Assembly: GCF_001194135.2 (NCBI RefSeq)
Contig: NC_068998.1
Coordinates: 1,829,302 to 1,891,476, forward strand
DNA: 62,175 nucleotides
Source of the DNA: Octopus bimaculoides
Lineage: Eukaryota
Reading direction: 5' to 3'
Program-made: the position numbers and the translations under genes
Part shown: one piece after another, positions 1 to 14,497 of the stretch
Layout: every line of letters starts with the position of its first letter
Numbering within the stretch: position 1 is the stretch's first letter
Notes under the pieces: model-generated
Databases searched by the model: none
What the model was told of the DNA's origin: nothing
What the model saw: the letters and a program-made list of their open reading frames with translations, nothing else

Positions 1-43
<43 letters not shown>

Positions 44-1010
44 TGCTTATCTCTTCCTCTCCCTGGTAAATTTTTATTCTCCCCCTGTTCCATCCATTCT
101 TATCTAAGGGGCCAGCCAGCAGATGGCAGCACTAGCAATGTGCAAAAGATAATGTTATTGTCGTTCTTTAACCCTGGGTCAACCCTGACCAAACAGACCT
201 TTGATTAAACACATCCCAGCCTCGACCATCCCCTGTATTTTGGCTTACATAATCCTGTATGACCTTCGTTTAAAAAAAAAGATTGAAACAAAGTATTGTG
301 CTACTAGATAAGTGAGATTTGACTGCTATTTCTAGAGTATAGGTTCTCCTACATGAGAGTTGTATATATTATGGGGTGGGGATGAGTAGCTGTTTTCGTT
401 ATCTCTGAATGATAAAGGTGACCTCACTGGCTGACCCCACCCAGTATTGCCATACCACCACCACCTTCGTCACCGCCACCATCACCAGTCTGTACTATCA
501 TCATCTCTGGCTGCACAGTAATACTACACTATTATATTTTAGTATCAGCTACAATTTTTGTCTACCCATGCCCATCCCTGCTCCCCAAATCACTGTGCCC
601 AGTCCTTCCTTCTTCCCAGATCCTTGGCCCTTTGAAATGCCCTCCCAGAAATATTGAGTTAGAAAAATTCAAAAGAAATAATAATGCCAATGGCATCCAC
701 GTTGCTGATCCTGAAGGGTCAGCAAAGGCCGTGGGTGGGCACTGCCCCTCCCTCCAAACCCTACAAGTAAAAGACAAAAACAAAATAACTGCTCCCAGCC
801 CTTATTAGATCCACCATGGTAACAGGGATTAGCTATTAACCGTCTCTAGTGAAAGCTACCTGTGATAGAGGCTAGGATCCTATCCCGGCAGAAATATTCC
901 TTCACCTGTACTTAATTCCACAGAAATTAAACAGCAACTCTTTCCCATTGGTTCAATAACATCAAATGCAAAACAACATGGCTGATGGCATTCAATAACA
1001 ACAACAACAA

Positions 1011-1391
1011 TATCTCTTTTGGTGCCAACCTTCTTGAGACCACCTTGGCTTCAATGATACAAAAGAGTCAAAATGAAAACCTTCCATCAAAATTCTAGGT
1101 TAATTTTTTTTTTTCCAAACACCAACTTAATAATGAAAAAGTTATTTTACTAAATTCTTTATTATTTTCAAAATTATTTTGAGTAAAAGCTGTGTATTTC
1201 AACAGAAATATGGTAACAAAAGGGTTAAAGTGATCAAAATGAAATCCTTCCATCAAAAATTCCATGTTGATGTTTTTTCCAAACACCAACTTAAAAATGA
1301 CAGTTAATTATAGTAAATTCTTCATTATTTCCAAAATTATTTCAAACAAAGGCCATGTATTTCCAAAGCAGTTTGGTGACAAAAGTGCTAA
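1011..1391 (+). mobile_element. TTAA-ended (piggyBac-like) MITE followed by a second copy of its right arm
   Basis: Right end ggtaacaaaagggTTAA at 1212-1228, decayed left end tatctcttttggtgcc at 1011, second arm ends ggtgacaaaagtgctaa at 1391. Related copies at 10240-10311 (-) and 23010-23259. Confidence 0.6.
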
Positions 1392-1754
1392 ATACCACCA
1401 TCTTGCCACAGAACTTGTCAAGTGCCATTCTCCAGCTGATGTTTATTGATATTCCTTGCAAATATAAGGCAGTGAGCTGACAGAATCATTAGAATGTTGA
1501 GTAAAATGCTTAGCAACATTCATCGGTCGTTATGTTCTGAATTCAAATTCCACCAAGATCAACTTAGCCTTTCATCCAGTCAGAATCAATAAGTACCAGT
1601 CATGTACTAAGGTCATGTAATCCCTCAAAATTTCAAACCTTGTCTCTATTAATAGAAAGGCTATTTCTTGCAAATATATTTTAAGATAGCCAGCCATTAG
1701 TATATCATCATCATGCTTTCATTTCTCCTTGCCTGCATGGGTTAGATAGGTCTT

Positions 1755-1990
1755 CTTCTTCTTAAACCAAGTGTGTCTCACTTGTTGCTGTCCCTTCTCC
1801 TCTTTACAAGGTTCAATGTCCTGGGAGTCAAACTTTATAAACTCTTCCAATGTCTTCCCCCACCAAAAGCTCCTTTCGCCCGAAGTGCTTCACTCTTCTT
1901 CACCCAACTCTTCTATTAGAACTTGTGGCTGTGAGAACATTCTAAATATTGTGATAGCTTGGATCAGGTTCCATCTAAACTGTTAACAGT
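1755..1990 (-). mobile_element. Decayed RTE-clade LINE 3' end
   Basis: Minus strand reads, with frameshifts, like ...GR.KTW.E.IK.D.RTLNLVKE..RD.NKWRH..., the post-RT C-terminal motif of RTE elements. Confidence 0.55.
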
Positions 1991-3329
1991 TAAGATAACC
2001 TTTTGGAGAGTCTTAAGAAAGTCTTGAATAAATCTTAATGCATGAAGACTTTGTTTATCTTGTTTATTTTTCCAATTTCTTCTTTTCATCTGTAATTATT
2101 CTACAAATACTGTTTTCCGGGATTTTTCAACTCTTCTGCATACACCACACAATTATGGCAGCTACATACAATTTTGCAGTATAATGGTGCCACGTAAAAG
2201 GCACTGGTGCTGGTGCCACATAAAAAGTACACTCTGTAAAGTGGTTGAGGTTAGGAAGGGCATCCAGCCATAGAAACCCTGCCAAAACAATGGAGCCTGA
2301 TGATGACCCTGAAAATATGGAAGGCAATGTTGACCCCCCCCCCCTCCTAAAGGGATATAAACTCAGAATGTGGAAAACTGGACAAATACCACAAGGCAGT
2401 CATCCATCTGACAACAGGTTTCTTTTAGTTTCTGTCAACCAAATCCATTCACAAGGCTTTGGTTAGTCCAAGACTATCAGAGAAGACACCTGCACAAGGT
2501 ACCACACAGTGGGACTGAACGTGGAACCATATGGTTGGGAAGAAAACTGCTTAACCACACAGCTATCTCTCTACACACACACCTACACACTTGTTTGTTT
2601 TTACGTTTTTCTATGCTGGCATGGGTTGCATAAATATTCTAGTGAAACATTATTTTACAGCTGGCTGCTCTTCCTGTCATTAACCCCAACCTGTTTTTCA
2701 ATTTTCCGCCATATCAGTATGACACTGGAGAAATATATCCTACATTGTTGTTTAGGTGAAGCAGGTTCTCCGATCATAACCATCCCAACATTTTTCTAAG
2801 TATATCTAGAGCTACGTCATTGCCTGATTTATCATTCTTTATTCTTTTAGACAGTAGGGTGTGAAATGAGATTTGGCTGCTATTTTTAGCAGATAACTTC
2901 CCATGTAGAGAGGCCTCCCTTCGTGTTGTAGTTTCAATAACAGAAGGGCTGGGAGTTAATGCCTTCACCAGCTCAGATGAAGGGGGTCCTTGCCTCGGGG
3001 ACACCCTCCCCCCTCTAGTCACTTGGTTGGCACTCCACCAACTCGTGTGCACCCTCACCACCTCCTCCCTACTTCAGTAGACTCACCTTCCACACAACTA
3101 AACTGACATCAACAACACTTTTCCATCAATATCATACGTGTGTGTGTGTATGTGTGTGTCTGTAATACACACACACACACACAGAGTTGCTGCTGTTATT
3201 CTAGTGGTAAGCATGAGTGCACAACTGACCTATCTCCATCTCTCTCTCTCTCCCCCTCTCTCTTTTCCATATCTTTGTGAACCAATACACCATTTTGATA
3301 TATCTTTCCAACATCTGGTAGTAATATGT

Positions 3330-3369
<40 letters not shown>

Positions 3370-5415
3370 CTACACTCGCAGCCCATCTATAGACACACCT
3401 GCCTCTATATAAACACACTCACACAGCCCCCAAAATATACACCTACCCACACATACATCAACACAAGTGCACAGGTGCAGGGTGGGAGGAGGCGACACAC
3501 ACACAGATTCCCCTTTTTAAAATAATCTTGTCTCCTCTCCTGTTCTGTTTTCAAACTATATATACACCCTGTATTATACCCAGATCTACATCACTGTACA
3601 CCTTACTCTATACCCAGGTCTAATTAAAAAATACTTGACTGTCTTTAGATTAAAATTTATCAAATTGAATTATCATGGCTGTGAGATAACGACCCTGGTG
3701 TAGATGCACACATGTATGTGTGTTTGTGTGTGTGGTGGTACCATGTGTTAGGTATTGGAATGTGTGCTTTGTGTTGGGGAAGGGAGGACATGTGGTGGAG
3801 TGTTTGTTGGGTCCTGGTTGTTGGTTGCTAGACACCCCTGGCCCTTCCCCTTGCCAGGGAGGAGGGGAGGTGCAGCATCAAGATCACTGATGCCATCTAG
3901 CAATAACGAGTGATGTATGCTGGGTTGACCTATCAAACCCATGACCAGTTATGAAACTCAGGCATTTTTATGATTGATTGATTGATGGTATTGGTGAGGA
4001 TGGTGATTGATAACAATGTTAATGATGATGGTATTGGCGATGGTGATGACAATGATTTTACTGATGACGTTGAACCTACGCTCTTCAACAGAAAGGAACA
4101 CAAGAAAATAAACAGAGTATAATTGAATAGATTCTGGCTGCTATTTCTAGCAGGTTGAGTGCATAAAGCCACCCTCGGTCTTTGGTTTCCAGCCTCTTTC
4201 TATCCCCACCTCACCTCAATTCACTACAGTCACTGACAGTGTTTTCAAGATAAGCATGAACATCACAAGATCTCCTTGTTTATCTCCTTAAACTTATGAA
4301 GTAATGGTCCTTTCAAAGCAAACTGCATGGTTCCAGGTTCAGTCCCATCTACATGACACCTTGAGCAAGTGTCTTTTACTATAGCCTCAGGCTGCCCAAG
4401 GTCTTGCAAGTGGATTTGGTAGGCGGAAACTGAAAGAAGCCCAGTGTGTGTGTGTTAGTATTTTTAGGTCCATGTAACTTAGTGGTTCAGCAAAAAAAAA
4501 CTGTTAGAATTCGTGTCAGGCCCCAGCATGGCCACAGTCAAATGACTGAAACAAACAAGAAAAAAATCTGTAATACCCTCTCCCTCTCTCTCTCCACATC
4601 ACACCTGAACAGTAGTAGGTCATTGCCCTTATAATGTTATCTCTGCCACCACCACCATCACCGTCCAGCCTAGTCCAGTCACTACTACAACACCAGCCTG
4701 ACAACACTATCTCTACCACTTCAGATACTACAACAACAACAACCCCCTTATCTACCATTCTCGGCGGGGGTGGGGGGCAGCTCCAGACAACCACAGAAAT
4801 AACAGCAACATTCCCAAACATTTTATGTTGGGAAGAAGAGCATTGAAGAAATGCAGGGACAACAACTGTTGCACCATGACTAAGTCCACCTTGTTCGCTG
4901 CCCATGTCACCACCACCACCACCACCACCACCACCACCACCATCCTTATTTCATCAAGACTTTCTCTGCTATATGATATTCTAGGGTTAAACTGGATGTG
5001 GTTGTATTTTTAGTTCTTTTTTAGTTATTGTTTTGGTTTTTTGTCGTTTTTTTTTTTTTTATATATATTTGGGTTCTGAGCTGAAAGAAATGTTAATGTG
5101 GTAGGAGGGACTTCCTCAATTACTCTCTGCTTCCTCCGTCCCCCTCCATCTGTTTTCTGCTACCATTCACTCAACACCACCACCACATATTTTCTCCTCT
5201 CACCCGCCTTCTCACCCTCCCATATCCCCTTTCCTGACACCATTTTTATCCTACTCACTTTATCCATATACATATATATATATGTACGTATGTCTGTAGG
5301 TGTATATATATTGCACTTGTGTGTGTATACATACATACACACATGGTAGGGAGCACCACTACCATTGCCATCAAAATTTTCCTTCTCCAACACCAACTTA
5401 ACCCAGTTTATATAC

Positions 5416-5504
<89 letters not shown>

Positions 5505-5506
5505 TG

Positions 5507-5537
<31 letters not shown>

Positions 5538-5829
5538 CTTCCTCACACACATTCTCTCATATTTCCTTTGTGTGTGTGTGTGGTACTCTCTTACTAATGT
5601 TTCCCCTTTCTTTATCAACCTCTCTTCCTCATTTGCCAATCTCCCTCTCTCTCTCTCCCTCTTTCCTCAACTTTTGGCTTGTCTATTTCTCCCCCTCCCC
5701 CCTCTGTTCCCCCCTTTTTTTTCTACACTATTATTTATATAGCAGAGATGGTAAGTAAAATTGGTGAGTGAGAGGGTGGGCAGTGGTATGGGGGGGTGCT
5801 CTGTATGGAAGTTGGTAATGAGGAAATGA

Positions 5830-5862
<33 letters not shown>

Positions 5863-7759
5863 GGTAGAGTATGTGATGTGTGAGGGTGTGGCACTTTGTA
5901 GGGTATGTGTTTGGTAGGGGGAGGGAGTATTAGGAGTAGGGTATGTAATGTGATGTGTGTATCTGAGAGATGAGGGGGAGGGCATTATACATTAAGGGAG
6001 AGTGAAGCAGTAAGGAGGAGGAGTATATGATGTGTAAGAGAGGTGTGGTATCAGGTGTAATATATGAGAGAGGAGTGGTGTTAGGTTGTGTGGGTGTGTG
6101 TGTAAGAGAGGTGTGGTATTAGGCAGTTTTATTTCTAAATTGAGTGTGGAGGAAGGGAGCCGTGTGCCCTTGACCTTCACAGGCCTTTAGATCCCCGATC
6201 CCTTTCTGAAAGTATTGCAGAGTCAAAGACTGATGAACAGTAAGGTAAATTCCGGTGGTGGGAGGGATCAATATTGCAGGGGAAGTAGGACTGGGTGTCA
6301 TGGTTAGTTGAGGGACCGGGAGGCTTTGGACATTAAGAGTGATAAGAAGAAACAAGGGTAAGTCCAAAGTGCCAACATGGTTGATGATGGTAGAAGACCA
6401 GTCAGCACTTGGAATCATCCGTTGCATTAATCCATCTCACATCCTGGATTAGTGGCTCGGATTACACCATTGCAGTGTGTGGGGGCCAGAGGCAGTTGAT
6501 GGGACTCCCTCCGGCCCACAATATGTCAACCCTGGTATTTCCTAGTTTTGTCCCTGCAATCTTTATATGTATCAGCAAATTGCCATCACCTCCAACAATG
6601 ACCACCCCTATACACACACACGCACACTTCTATGGAAGCTTTTATGTGGTCACTCCACATATTAGAAATAACAGCCAAATCTGCCTCAAATCATACTCTA
6701 CCATCTTATCGACAGAGTATGACACATTGGATAATGTAATCCCAGATAAAACAAGATGGTCATGGCTGGAAAGCCTCCAACCAAAAGTCTGCTGCATCAG
6801 GGCCAACTAAATAATATTCACACATACACACACACCTGGGACCTATTTTACAGCTAGATTGACTGAGCCATCCACAGATAAATACTTTTTCCAGAAGCAC
6901 AGCATCAATAATGGAATTTAAATTACCAAAGATGAGTGGGAGGGGGGAGGGAGTTCTCCCCTTTCCAACCTCTCTGTGGGATGACCAGACCCCTGACATC
7001 CTTTAGACCTACACAATTCCAGTAAAACCAATTATTGGTAATTTCATGTTATCCTTGAACACAGTTATGTAGGAAAGGAGAGAGGTGAGGGGGGGAGTGT
7101 GGTCCCCAAAAGCAGACGCTCTCCTCCCTAGTGGTGTGGTGCTGTCAGTCAATATGGTAATGTCTGTGAGACATTTTTTGGTGTCTTCCTTGATTGCAAG
7201 AATTCTCTAACTTCATTGCCAGAACTTAATAATGTTTGCAGTTCTATGAAAACAAGAGAAGAAATTGGCCAGATTGATGTGATTAATTCTTTGTTCTAGT
7301 TAAGCCAAAACAACTTACTGTGTACCAGCACCAAAACCACAACCATCGCAACTACTACTACTACCACCACCACCACAATCACTATGACTACAGTTGTAAC
7401 ACCATCATCACAACTACCACCAAGACTACAGCTGTTACTAACACTACCACCACCACCATCATAGCCTCCCCTCTATTCTTACTACAATTACAGCTATTTC
7501 TAGCACAAACCACCTCCACCATCAACCATTACCTCTATTGAAACTTTTACTGACATCACCATCACTACTACCTCCACTTCTACTACAATTCACGTTGCTC
7601 TAATTTGACAACCCATACCATTGAATGGTACGATTTGAAATACTCCATGTCTACCATTAAAAGACAGCCAGAATTAGATGACATTTTTCAGGAAGTGGCC
7701 TCTTTTAAATATTCCTTCATGCTTTCTACAGGAATTATTTTTCATAAACTGGAAAATGT

Positions 7760-8050
7760 ATTCATTCATTCGGTTCTCATTGTGTTTTGTAGCACTTGAG
7801 GTAACACCAAGATCATTCCACCTTCCAACACTTCTGAAAGCATCCTTGACAGTTGGTTCCATTGTTGACCCTTCTGCTTCTAAGATATTTTGTTATGGTT
7901 CTCCACCACATTTCCTTTGGTTGGCCACAGCTTCTTTTACCTTGTGGAACCCATTACAAAGTAATCCTGACAATTGAGTTCGGTTTATAGTGACAGACTC
8001 GACCCAGCCATTTCTGTCTCCTTGCTTCAATAGTTTCTCTTATTGGTTTC
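7760..8050 (-). mobile_element. 5'-truncated RTE-clade LINE 3' end with (GAAT)n tail
   Basis: Minus strand: KPIRETIEARRQKWLGRVCHYKPNSIVRITL*WVPQGKRSCGQPKEMWWRTI, matching the RTE pattern RRLRWLGHV...W.P.GKR.RGRP..TW; then RWNDLGV...HNE and gaatgaatgaa. Confidence 0.8.
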
Positions 8051-8053
8051 ACG

Positions 8054-8093
8054 AATATGACCTCGAATGTAGTTGGCCATTCGAGGTCATATT
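8054..8093. repeat. Perfect 16-bp stem, 8-nt loop hairpin
   Basis: aatatgacctcgaatg-tagttggc-cattcgaggtcatatt. Confidence 0.95.
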
Positions 8094-8421
8094 TAGCCAT
8101 CCCGTAAAAAAGTATCACAAGAAACGATAACAAAAAATGATATAAACTGAAAAATACCCAAACCAATTTGTCTTTCAATCACCATCATCATCATCATTAT
8201 GAACATGACAAGTTGGCAGAACCGTTAGCACACTGGACAAAATGCTTATCAGCATTTCATCCATCTTTATGTTCTAAGCTCAAATTCCACCAAGGTTGAC
8301 ATTGCTTTTCATCCTTTTGGAGTTGATAAAATAGGGACCAGTTGAGCACTGGGGTTGTTGTAATTGACTTGCTCCCTCCCTTTAAATTGCTGGTCTGTGC
8401 CAAAATAAGAAGGAATTATTA

Positions 8422-8830
8422 GGCGCAAGAGTGGCTGTGTGGTAAGTAACTTGCTTCCCAACCACATGGTCCTGGGTTCAGTCCCACTACATTGCACCTT
8501 GGGCAAGTGTCTTCTACTATATCCTTGGGCCGACCAAAGCCTTGTGAGTGGATTTGGTAGATGGAAACTGAAAGAAGCCCATCGTCAGAGATTTAAAACT
8601 ATATATATGTATGCATGTATTTGTGTGTCTGCGTTTGTCCTCCCGCCATCGCTTGGCAACCAATGTTAGTGTGTTTATGTCCCCGTAACTTAGCAGTTCA
8701 GCAAAAGAGACTGATAGAATAAGTACTCGGCTTACAAAGAATAAGCCATGGGATCAATTTGTTTGACTAAAGGCGGTGCCCCAGCATGGCCACAGTCAAA
8801 TGACTGAAACAAGTAAAAGAATGAAAGAAT
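8422..8830 (+). mobile_element. tRNA-derived SINE, family A (my label), near full length
   Basis: A-box-like tggctgtgtgg, B-box-like ggttcagtccc, central (TA/TG)n, 3' gaaacaagtaaaagaa. About 20 further diverged copies or fragments: 2415-2563(-), 4300-4560, 11805-12030, 13555-13692(-), 16135-16292, 16675-16992, 18842-19030, 19035-19197(-), 28545-28800, 29725-29875(-), 39078-39270, 42700-42865, 48080-48210, 51695-51850, 56750-56895(-), plus those listed separately. Confidence 0.85.
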
Positions 8831-10978
8831 TGTTATTGAGGCAAAACTGGTAGAATCGTTATTTAAAGAATGACTTGCAGCATTTCTTGCGAATCTTTAT
8901 ATTCTGAGTTCAAATCCTGCCAAGGTCAACTTTGTCTTTCATCCTTTAGGGATGGAGAGAATAAGGTTGTGGTCAAGTATTGCCAATGAGAAAGAATAAC
9001 TCCCTCCCCTCAAAACTGCTAACTTTGTGCTGAAATTGAAAACAATTTGATTAATAAAGAAGTAATTAATAAATTAAACTTATTGAAGAAGTATTTAATT
9101 AAAAATTCCAATAATTCAAAATATTTATAATTTCTAAGTTAGAATATATAAATACCATTTTTTTTTTTTTTTTTTAGTTATGTGTAAGAGTTGGCTTTGA
9201 GAAAGATACTTGCTTTGGGATTGACCCTAAGACCTCATGATTGCAAAACCAACTTCCTCTTTCAAACCATACCCTCGCCAAGCCACCCACCCACATTTAC
9301 ACACATACTGATACACACACACACACATACATGTTGTAACTCTTAAGATGGTTACCAGTTTGTTGTGAGTGTTATATATTTGCAATTAAGGTTGTTGTTC
9401 GGGTGGTGGTGGTGGTGGTGATGGTGGTGGTTTGTAGTGGTTAGTGAAAATGCTGGGCTGTTGGTATTGTTGTTGTGACCACCACTACAGGGTGTTGCCA
9501 GGAGTCTGTAGAAACTTGAAAGAGTTTCTTCATTAACAAGGGTTCTCAATTCCAATAATGGTTAGACGTCGCAGCAACATTAACTTCATATTGGCATTGC
9601 TAGCAGGAGACTTGGAAATGGTTGAGACCAATCAAGAAATGGTGCTTCCAGTTGTAGTAAGACATTGAAGATAATGAACAGGGGATGGGGGGCTTATAAA
9701 AATGGTACTGCCAACGCTGGTGTTCCACACTGAAATGGATGTGTGCTTTGGGGTGTCTTTAAACTTTGCTCTGTGATTATGTGGGAGGTATTTATCTTTA
9801 ATCAATACACCACAGAAATAGGTTCTCCTAATTAAGATAAACTGCATAACGGATTTTCTTTCTTTTTTCTCTGTTTTTACAATTAACACAACTCACCACC
9901 GATAACACACACACACACACACACACATGCAAGTAGTAGCACCATAGCATTCAGTCACAGTATGACCTGCTGGTATATATAATGCTTTCGTTAACCGTTT
10001 AAGGTGTCCATGGGGCTTCCAGTGGAAATCTACACCCTCTCACCCCCTCCCTACTTCTGATCCAGTGGAACCTCCAAGATATGACAATCAGGAGAGAGGA
10101 AGGGTGGTACTCATAACGGCTGAGAAGACTGGGGCTGCATGAAATGAAGTGTGTGTGTGTTTCAGTGCTAGTCTGTTGTTATTTAACACACAAAACTCAC
10201 GGACACTTACAATATGAATATGGAATTTTAGTTCATAACTTTTTGAAAACAAGACATTTTGTGCCAGGAGGCCGGCGGTGGTCTCAGGTGGGTTGGTGTC
10301 CAAATGGTTAAATATCTCAGCATTCATTTTACTACGAAATTGTGGAACAAATAAAACACCAAAATGGTTTTATCTTTGAAGAGGAATTTTATAAACAAAA
10401 TATAAAAAAAAAGTCATGATAAAAGAGAAAAAAAGAGATGATTTAGAAAATTGAAGAATAAAGCTTTAAAAATTCCAAGATATCATTATATATATATACA
10501 CACACACACAAACGTGTGTGTGAGTATATATGCATACATGTGTGTGTATACACATACATATGTGTGTGTGTGTATATATATATATGTATATATACACACC
10601 TCTTCTTCCCATGCTCTCTCTCTCTCTATGTATATATGTGTGTGTGTATATGTATACATACATATATGCATATACACACATTGTATGAATATACTTGATG
10701 TAGCATTTTTTCATCTTATCAGTTTGACATGATCATTTCCACCATTCCCCCTTCTAATGAGGAATTTTCAGGGTTCCTTCAAGAATAATTTACCACCCTC
10801 GTTATCTCTAAGTACCTGGAATCCTGTTCTAAATTATTCTGCCATTATATTTCCACCCCAGACCAACATCATCTCATGCTAAATCACTAACTACCTGCAC
10901 CTTTTTTATCTTCTCTTTCTAAACTTTTCTCACATATACACACTGCTTTGCACATTCACACACACACATGCTACTGTT

Positions 10979-11046
<68 letters not shown>

Positions 11047-14000
11047 TATCCTTGCTTTAGTTTGTGTGTAGTTTGGTATATAGAATGGGTAAAGTGTCTA
11101 AGAGACATAACTAGGTTTGGCAACAGGAAAGGGATCCAGCTATGGAGTATACTTTCAAAAAGTCCCATCCAGCCCAAAAATGATGTTCCTAGTAAAGACG
11201 CACGCACACACATACACATGGTGACTGAATGAGTATCAACGTTGAAAAGAGAGAGCTCTCGATATATGGAATGTGTGTGTGTATTCAGGATGACACCTGA
11301 TCAGACAATCTTGCCCAAGGTGTCCCGCAGTAGGACTGAACCCAAAACGACACAGTTACAAAGTGAACTTCTTAACCACACAGAAATGCACAGAGTTTAT
11401 ATAAAACTGAAATGAACTTGAAGGATTCCTTGAAATGAATCAAAAATGAAATTAAATTGTAAAATATTGCAAAGTTATCTTTACAAATTTAATTAAAGAC
11501 GGTTTATTTCTGGAAAAGGAGTTAAATGGAAATTCCAAATCCTAAATTTACTAACATCTTGTTCTTCAGAACAGAATTACTTTTGTACCAATTCCTCTTT
11601 CTTAAAAGCCTTTAAATCTGATTTGATTATTTTCAAATTTTAATCTGTGAAATTGGTGATTTTAATGCAACACTTTACATTTCAAGTCAGTGCTTTCTTA
11701 CCAATTCTGCAGACTCTCATAATCCAATAATTGCTTCCAGCTACATAGCCCTGCTTATATACATACACTCACACAAAAAGACAGGCTATATAAACAGTGT
11801 GTGTAGACAAGCTTGGTTGTGATTACAAAGTTTGCTTTCCAGTTGCATTTTTAGGTTCAATCTCTCAGAGTGGCACTTGAGGGAAATATCTTCCACCATA
11901 GCACAGGTTAATTGGGTTCATGGAAACTGTATAGAAGCCCATCATGTGTTTTTGTGTTTGCATCTTCTCTCTTGACAACCCATGTTGGTTTGTGTACATC
12001 TCTGTAACTTAGCAGCTCAGCAAAAAGAGACAGAGTAATCTTTCATTCTTTTACTTGCTTCATTTAATTGCAGCCATGCTGGAGCACCACCTTAAAGGGT
12101 TTTAGTTAAAGAAATATCAGACTGACCAATGCTCTGTGAGTGAATTGGTTGATGGAAACTCAATGAAGTCTTTCATGTCTATATGAGCATCTGTGTGTGT
12201 GTGTATGTTTATATTGTATCCCTGTATGCCATATGATGTAGCAGTTTGTCAAATAGTGATTTATACATTAATAAATTAAATACTGGGTTGATACAATCAA
12301 CTAAAACCTTAAATGCAATGTCCCAGCATACTACTGGCCAATGGCTGGAACCCGTAAAAGAATAAGAGTATAGCAATGGTTACACATACATATATCCACA
12401 CGCACACATACATACATACATGTATGTATGCATGAAACGTATTCACATGCTCATGATAGAATATTTTTGAAAATCAAGTTGTTCTGTGCTGTGTGCCTGA
12501 GTGGCTCCTGTGCCAGTGGCACGTAAAAAGCACCATTCGAGTGTGATCATTGCCAGTGTTGCCTTACCGGCACATGTGCCAGTGGTACGTGAAGAACAAC
12601 ATTCGAGCATGGTTCTCAGTCAAACCATCCAACCCATGCCAGCATGGAAAGCGGACGTTAAATGACAATGATGATGTGCATGTGTATATATATACATGTG
12701 TATGTATATATCGATAAAATAGTAGAAAGGCAATTAGATAGAGGTTGGTAGGTAGATAGACAAATTGATAGGCAGATTTCTCTTCATTTTCTGGCAGCTT
12801 TTTTCATATATACCTTTATATATTTATGTGTATACAACGTGTATAAATATGTATACTACATACAGCAGGCTTTATTTTCCATTAGAGAAAGGGGAAGATG
12901 GTTGAGAGGGATTCCAACTCCCTCCCTGTTTGCCCTATTTTAGGGAACTGATTCCTCTAACCTCATTATCTCACACACACACCCCCACCCTATTTCTCTC
13001 TTGGAACCTGCCCCTCCCCCAACTCCCACCACGTCTACCCACCCTACTGTGCCTGCCACAACACATGTGTTCCCCCTCCACACCACCTCGGATCCTATGC
13101 TCTCTCTCTCTGAAATGATACCCATGTATCTACCCAAGTATTTGCATACCTCACCTGATTCTAACTTAGTTCAGCTAGGGTGGAGGGGCTAAAAGTCTCC
13201 TCTTCCTCTATCTCTGACTGCTTAGGTGTTGAGGGTGGTGGTGGGGTAGAGGACTATTTTTGATGGTGGTGGTGGTGTGGAAGTAGAAATAGTGGAAGAA
13301 GATTATACCACTACCGCTAGTACTACTACTACTACTACTAATAATAATAATAATGAAACTGATGATTTCTATTTGCCACAGGGGTGCCTGATGAGGAGGA
13401 TATTTCAAGGATGGGGCTCCAGTTTGTGTGGGTGTTTACATAAAACTTGGGTACAGAAGGAAAAAAAGGTGAAATTGCTAGAAGAAATGAGACCCTCGTA
13501 TTTATATACTTGTAATGCACACACACACGTTCATGCCTGAGTGTATATATTCTTTTCTTCTTTTACTTGTTTCAGTCACTTGACTGCTGCCATGCTGGAG
13601 CACCACCTTTAGTCGAACACTTATTCTATTGGTCTTTTTTGCCAAACCGCAGAGTTACAGGAATGTAAACACACCAACATCAGTTGTCAAGCTATTATTA
13701 CACTTATGTGTGTGTGTGTGTGTGTGTACTTTTGTCTCATTTTGACATCAGGTGATAGTTGTAAGCAAGTGTCACTGTCGTACAAGCAGTGTAGAGACAC
13801 CCTTCTTTTCAAGTCTTCCTGTAAGACATGTCCTGGCCATGGGGAATTATAACTTTGGAAGCAAGTAGGGGTTGCTGACAAGGGCACCCAACTGTAGAGA
13901 ATCTACTTCAACGGATCTCGTCTGATGCATCTAACCAGTTCAAGCTTAAAATAGGTAGAATATTTGTGCCACGTGTGGCCCAGTTTAAATGCTAAATGGT

Positions 14001-14082
14001 TAATGTTGGATGCTGGCATGGGTTGACCACTTTGACAGGATCCAGTTGGTTCAAAGACCACAGCCAACACACTGGTATATGC

Positions 14083-14121
<39 letters not shown>

Positions 14122-14123
<2 letters not shown>

Positions 14124-14318
14124 GCAGCTAGCTGGCAGAAATGCTTAGCAGTATTTCGTCTGTCTTTATGTTCTGAGTTCAAATTCCACTAAGGTTGACT
14201 TTGCCTTTCATCCATTTGGGGTCGATAAATTAAGTATCAGTGGTGTACTGGGGTTGATCTAATTGACTGGCCCCTTCCCAAAAATTCCTGGCTTTGTACC
14301 TAGAGTAGAAAAGATTAT
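14122..14318 (+). mobile_element. SINE family B (my label; ggcag.gctggcagaa...gttctgagttcaaattcc...gcctttcatcc)
   Basis: B-box-like gagttcaaat(t)cc and a conserved gcctttcatcc.ttcggggtcgataaa..aagtaccag block. Other copies: 1467-1660, 8210-8418, 8845-9045, 20935-21140, 23595-23650, 31425-31660, 61520-61670(-). Confidence 0.8.
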
Positions 14319-14497
14319 ATATATATATATATATATATATATCATCATCATCATCATCATCGTTTAACGTCCGCTTTCCATGCTAGCATGGGTTGGACGA
14401 TTTGACTGAGGACTGGTGAAACTGGATGGCAACACCAGGCTCCAGTCTGATTTGGCAGAGTTTCTACAGCTGGATGCCCTTCCTAACGCCAACCACT

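Noticed and set aside
5760-6120. G-rich purine tract with a 21-bp direct repeat (6031-6051, 6099-6119); possible G-quadruplex
   Set aside because: Typical degenerate low-complexity sequence for this genome, with widely spaced G-runs and no independent sign of function.
8422-8500. tRNA gene candidates at SINE heads (also 15785-15845)
   Set aside because: Only A/B-box-like motifs are present; no complete cloverleaf, and they run into SINE bodies.
11600-11700. Isolated GDFNA (AP-endonuclease motif) on the + strand
   Set aside because: A single short motif in stop-ridden AT-rich sequence, with no other endonuclease motif convincingly in register.
13382-13470. Exon-like segment (tttgccacag ... 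aag|gtgaaa)
   Set aside because: No frame resembles ADGRA or any protein I recognise, and the donor is weak.
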